Source: Neodothiora populina
Taxonomy: Eukaryota
DNA: 64,000 nt
Reading direction: 5' to 3'
Assembly: GCF_041146345.1 (NCBI RefSeq)
Contig: NW_027191409.1
Span: 682,001-746,000 of the forward strand
Position numbers and translations under genes: made by a program. Below are positions 61,621-64,000 of the stretch, one piece after another. Numbering within the stretch: the stretch's first letter is position 1; every line of letters starts with the position of its first letter. The notes under the pieces were generated by a model. The model was not told the DNA's origin and did no database searches. It was given only the letters and a program-made list of their open reading frames with translations.

Positions 61621-63981
61621 CTAGTAAGGGATACCATTGGTCAGGAGTTGGAATTGGTCATACACGCCGGTGCTGTAACTCCTCTCGCTGGTGTGAATTA
61701 GCTTGCGCATGAATTCTGCAGCTCCCCTCTCGGTTTTGTCGAGAACGAATCGTTCCTTGAAATGTTGGACGGTTTCCGGTTTAAAGCATGGTAATCCAGA
61801 ATCGAGCATTACGATTACCAGATGACTCAGTTTCTCAGCGTGCTGTCTCGCTGCCAAAAAAGCTTTTATGCAGAGCTCTTCGAACCATTTGTACGGCTGC
61901 GCTTGCGTGGATCCGCCCATGACTGCGACCATCTCTGATGTCAGCTTGAAAGGGGCGCGCTCGAATTTGACACCTCCTGGAGCAATGTCGAAGATGAAGC
62001 CGAAATCGATATGCAGGATATGTCCAGCGTCGTCGACCATGATGTTGCCGTTGTGTCGATCTTTGAATTGCAAGAGATAGGAGATCACCGAGTACGCAGC
62101 CATACTCTTGACAAAGTTGTTGCGCGCCGCTTGAAATTGCAGTGAGTCTTCGGTGCCGTACTTTGAGACCCAATACTCGTAAAGTCCATTTACGGCTTCT
62201 CGCCCGAGCATGTCACGGGAGATGGAATTTGGAAGGACGTCGATCACTCCACATCCTGGCGCGGTCGCCGTTACACGATATGGGTAGACAAAGACGTCTA
62301 GGCCCACGTTGTTGAAAATACCGCGAAATGCCGCGATCATCTGCAGGGAAAGCACGTCTTGACGACAATCATCACCGACTTTAAAGATGGCCGATTGCCA
62401 GACCTCGTAGGTGTTGTCCTTGGGCCCGTTCTTCCCATCCAGGGCGGCCTCCTGAGCATCATCCTCGACCTGCTCAATGTCCATGCCTCGTTCTTTACGA
62501 ATCCGAAACGTCGCCATGAAAGGTGCTTTGGCGTGACTTTGCAGCGGTTTACCAGATTTGCGATCAATGCCGATGACCACACCGTCAGGATTACTAGGCA
62601 AGTAAACTCCAACATCGACCTGGATTTTCCGGAGCTCCTCCTCGATCTTCTGTTTCTTCTCCGGCTTTGGCCTCTTGATAAAGGGTCTCAGCTTCCCGGA
62701 GATGCTCGTAACCTCATTGAAGAAGCCAAACTCGCGTTCGTAAAAGTCCTTGTCTTCATCTGAGAAGCTAGAGATAAGAGCGTCCATGACCTTATCCAAT
62801 GTTGGTTTGACAGGATCAGGGATCTGCGAGTCCTCGTCCTTAAAGGCGTTTGCTTTCATGTTCCAGATGATCTGGTGAGCGAACAATTGTGAGAATTTGG
62901 CCGTCTCGACAATGTAACGTTCCACGTATCCGAGGACATCGTAGCGCAGTGTCTGCACGATTTGGGGCACATAGAAGAATGTGATGTCAACCGAGTGACT
63001 CTCCAAGGCTCGCATAGCGTACTGAATGATGAACGGATGATTACCGTAAGCAGGCAGGAAGTACGTGGCAGCCGTTATGGGATTGACAGGAGCCCAGTAG
63101 AGCAAATACTACGAAATATTAGAACCTTACGTGCGCGTTGAACAGAGTTGTTGCATACCTTGAGTTGGAACGACACATCATTTGGCAGTGAAGTACCCAG
63201 AAGAAGCTGTAGTGCTTCAGGTTCATCGAGTGCTCGTTCGGGATGGTTGACTAGTTGCCAGCGTATTTCAGCTTGGACGCGCGGGGAGTGTGATCTGAGG
63301 GCCAACTGCGTTGCCAGCGACGTGTTCTCGGTCCACGCGACTTTGAGCAAGTTCGATATGGTTGCTTCGTTTACATTGGTGCTGAGCCACGCGGGAGGGT
63401 TTGGATCGCCAAGTGTAGATATCCAGACACTGAGTCGGGCTGCTTCGTTGGTCAAGAGATAAGCCAAAAGCTCCTGTTTCAAGTTCAATGGCTGTAGTGG
63501 CGCTGCGGGTTTCCCCACGATGTTCGATGTCTGCTGTAAAGCAACCAGTACGTCGCTTATGAGCTGCACTTCCGCTTTGATTTGGAGCTTGTTGCTGCCG
63601 TACGACCACATAGGGGCATGCTTGAACCACGAGAGTCCAGCAGATAATACCTGGTCTTTAAGTTGCCACTTCGACCGCTCCGTAGAACCAGTGCAGTTCG
63701 CCAGGACACGTAGACCGAGAAGCACCATATGGAAATGAGCCTCTCGTGCGAGTGGATGAGCAGCAATTTTGTTCATGGACGCCATTGTTATACGCATCGT
63801 GCGTATGAAAATGCGTTCAATGTGCGGGCTGCTTAGACGAGTAGCATTGAAATGGCTCGAGAGGAACTGAATAAGACGGAAGTGAGGCGCGATTGCATCA
63901 TGCACGATTTGCTGCTTCTTTGCGATGACCGTTCGATCTGAAGGAGCGAATTCCTCCTTCACAAAGAACGGGTCCAGATGA
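61621..63981 (-). CDS. STT4: Phosphatidylinositol 4-kinase type III-alpha (Stt4), 5'-truncated by window edge
   Basis: Exons 63981-63159 and 63108-61621; the window ends inside an upstream intron (CTAAC..ATAG). Motifs PLQSHAKAP, IFKVGDDCRQD, KDRHNGNI, HIDFGF, FERAPFKLT, end TNGIPY*. Confidence 0.96.
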
Positions 63982-64000
63982 CTATGGCAATGTTAGCAGT

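Overview
Gene-dense eukaryotic chromosome segment from a filamentous ascomycete (Pezizomycotina; Dothideomycete-like is my inference). Evidence: short GT-AG introns with CTRAY branch sites, and fungus-specific genes (eEF3, Shr3, Dad2, Ecl1). I reconstruct 20 protein-coding genes with exon structures: a 5'-truncated fungal transcription-factor gene, SHR3, LSM5 (five short exons, missed by the ORF track), a very large WRN/EXD2-type 3'-5' exonuclease, a membrane-anchored GH16 glucanase, 2-methylcitrate dehydratase, eEF3, an aquaglyceroporin, a secreted carboxylesterase, an FAD oxidoreductase, Ecl1, an orphan with TPX2-like motifs, shugoshin, DAD2, YPI1, CRM1, IRC20/SHPRH, PXR1, an RRM-YTH protein and a 5'-truncated STT4. 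I found no rRNA, tRNA, CRISPR array or intact transposon. Two observations stand out. (1) Five consecutive genes are linked to spindle/kinetochore/mitotic control, including an uncharacterised FKARP/KEN-box protein. (2) TACAGTA/TACTGTA and (CAGTA)n are strongly enriched in non-coding DNA and match the canonical Tc1/mariner excision footprint. Both interpretations are hypotheses. All coordinates and counts were read by eye.
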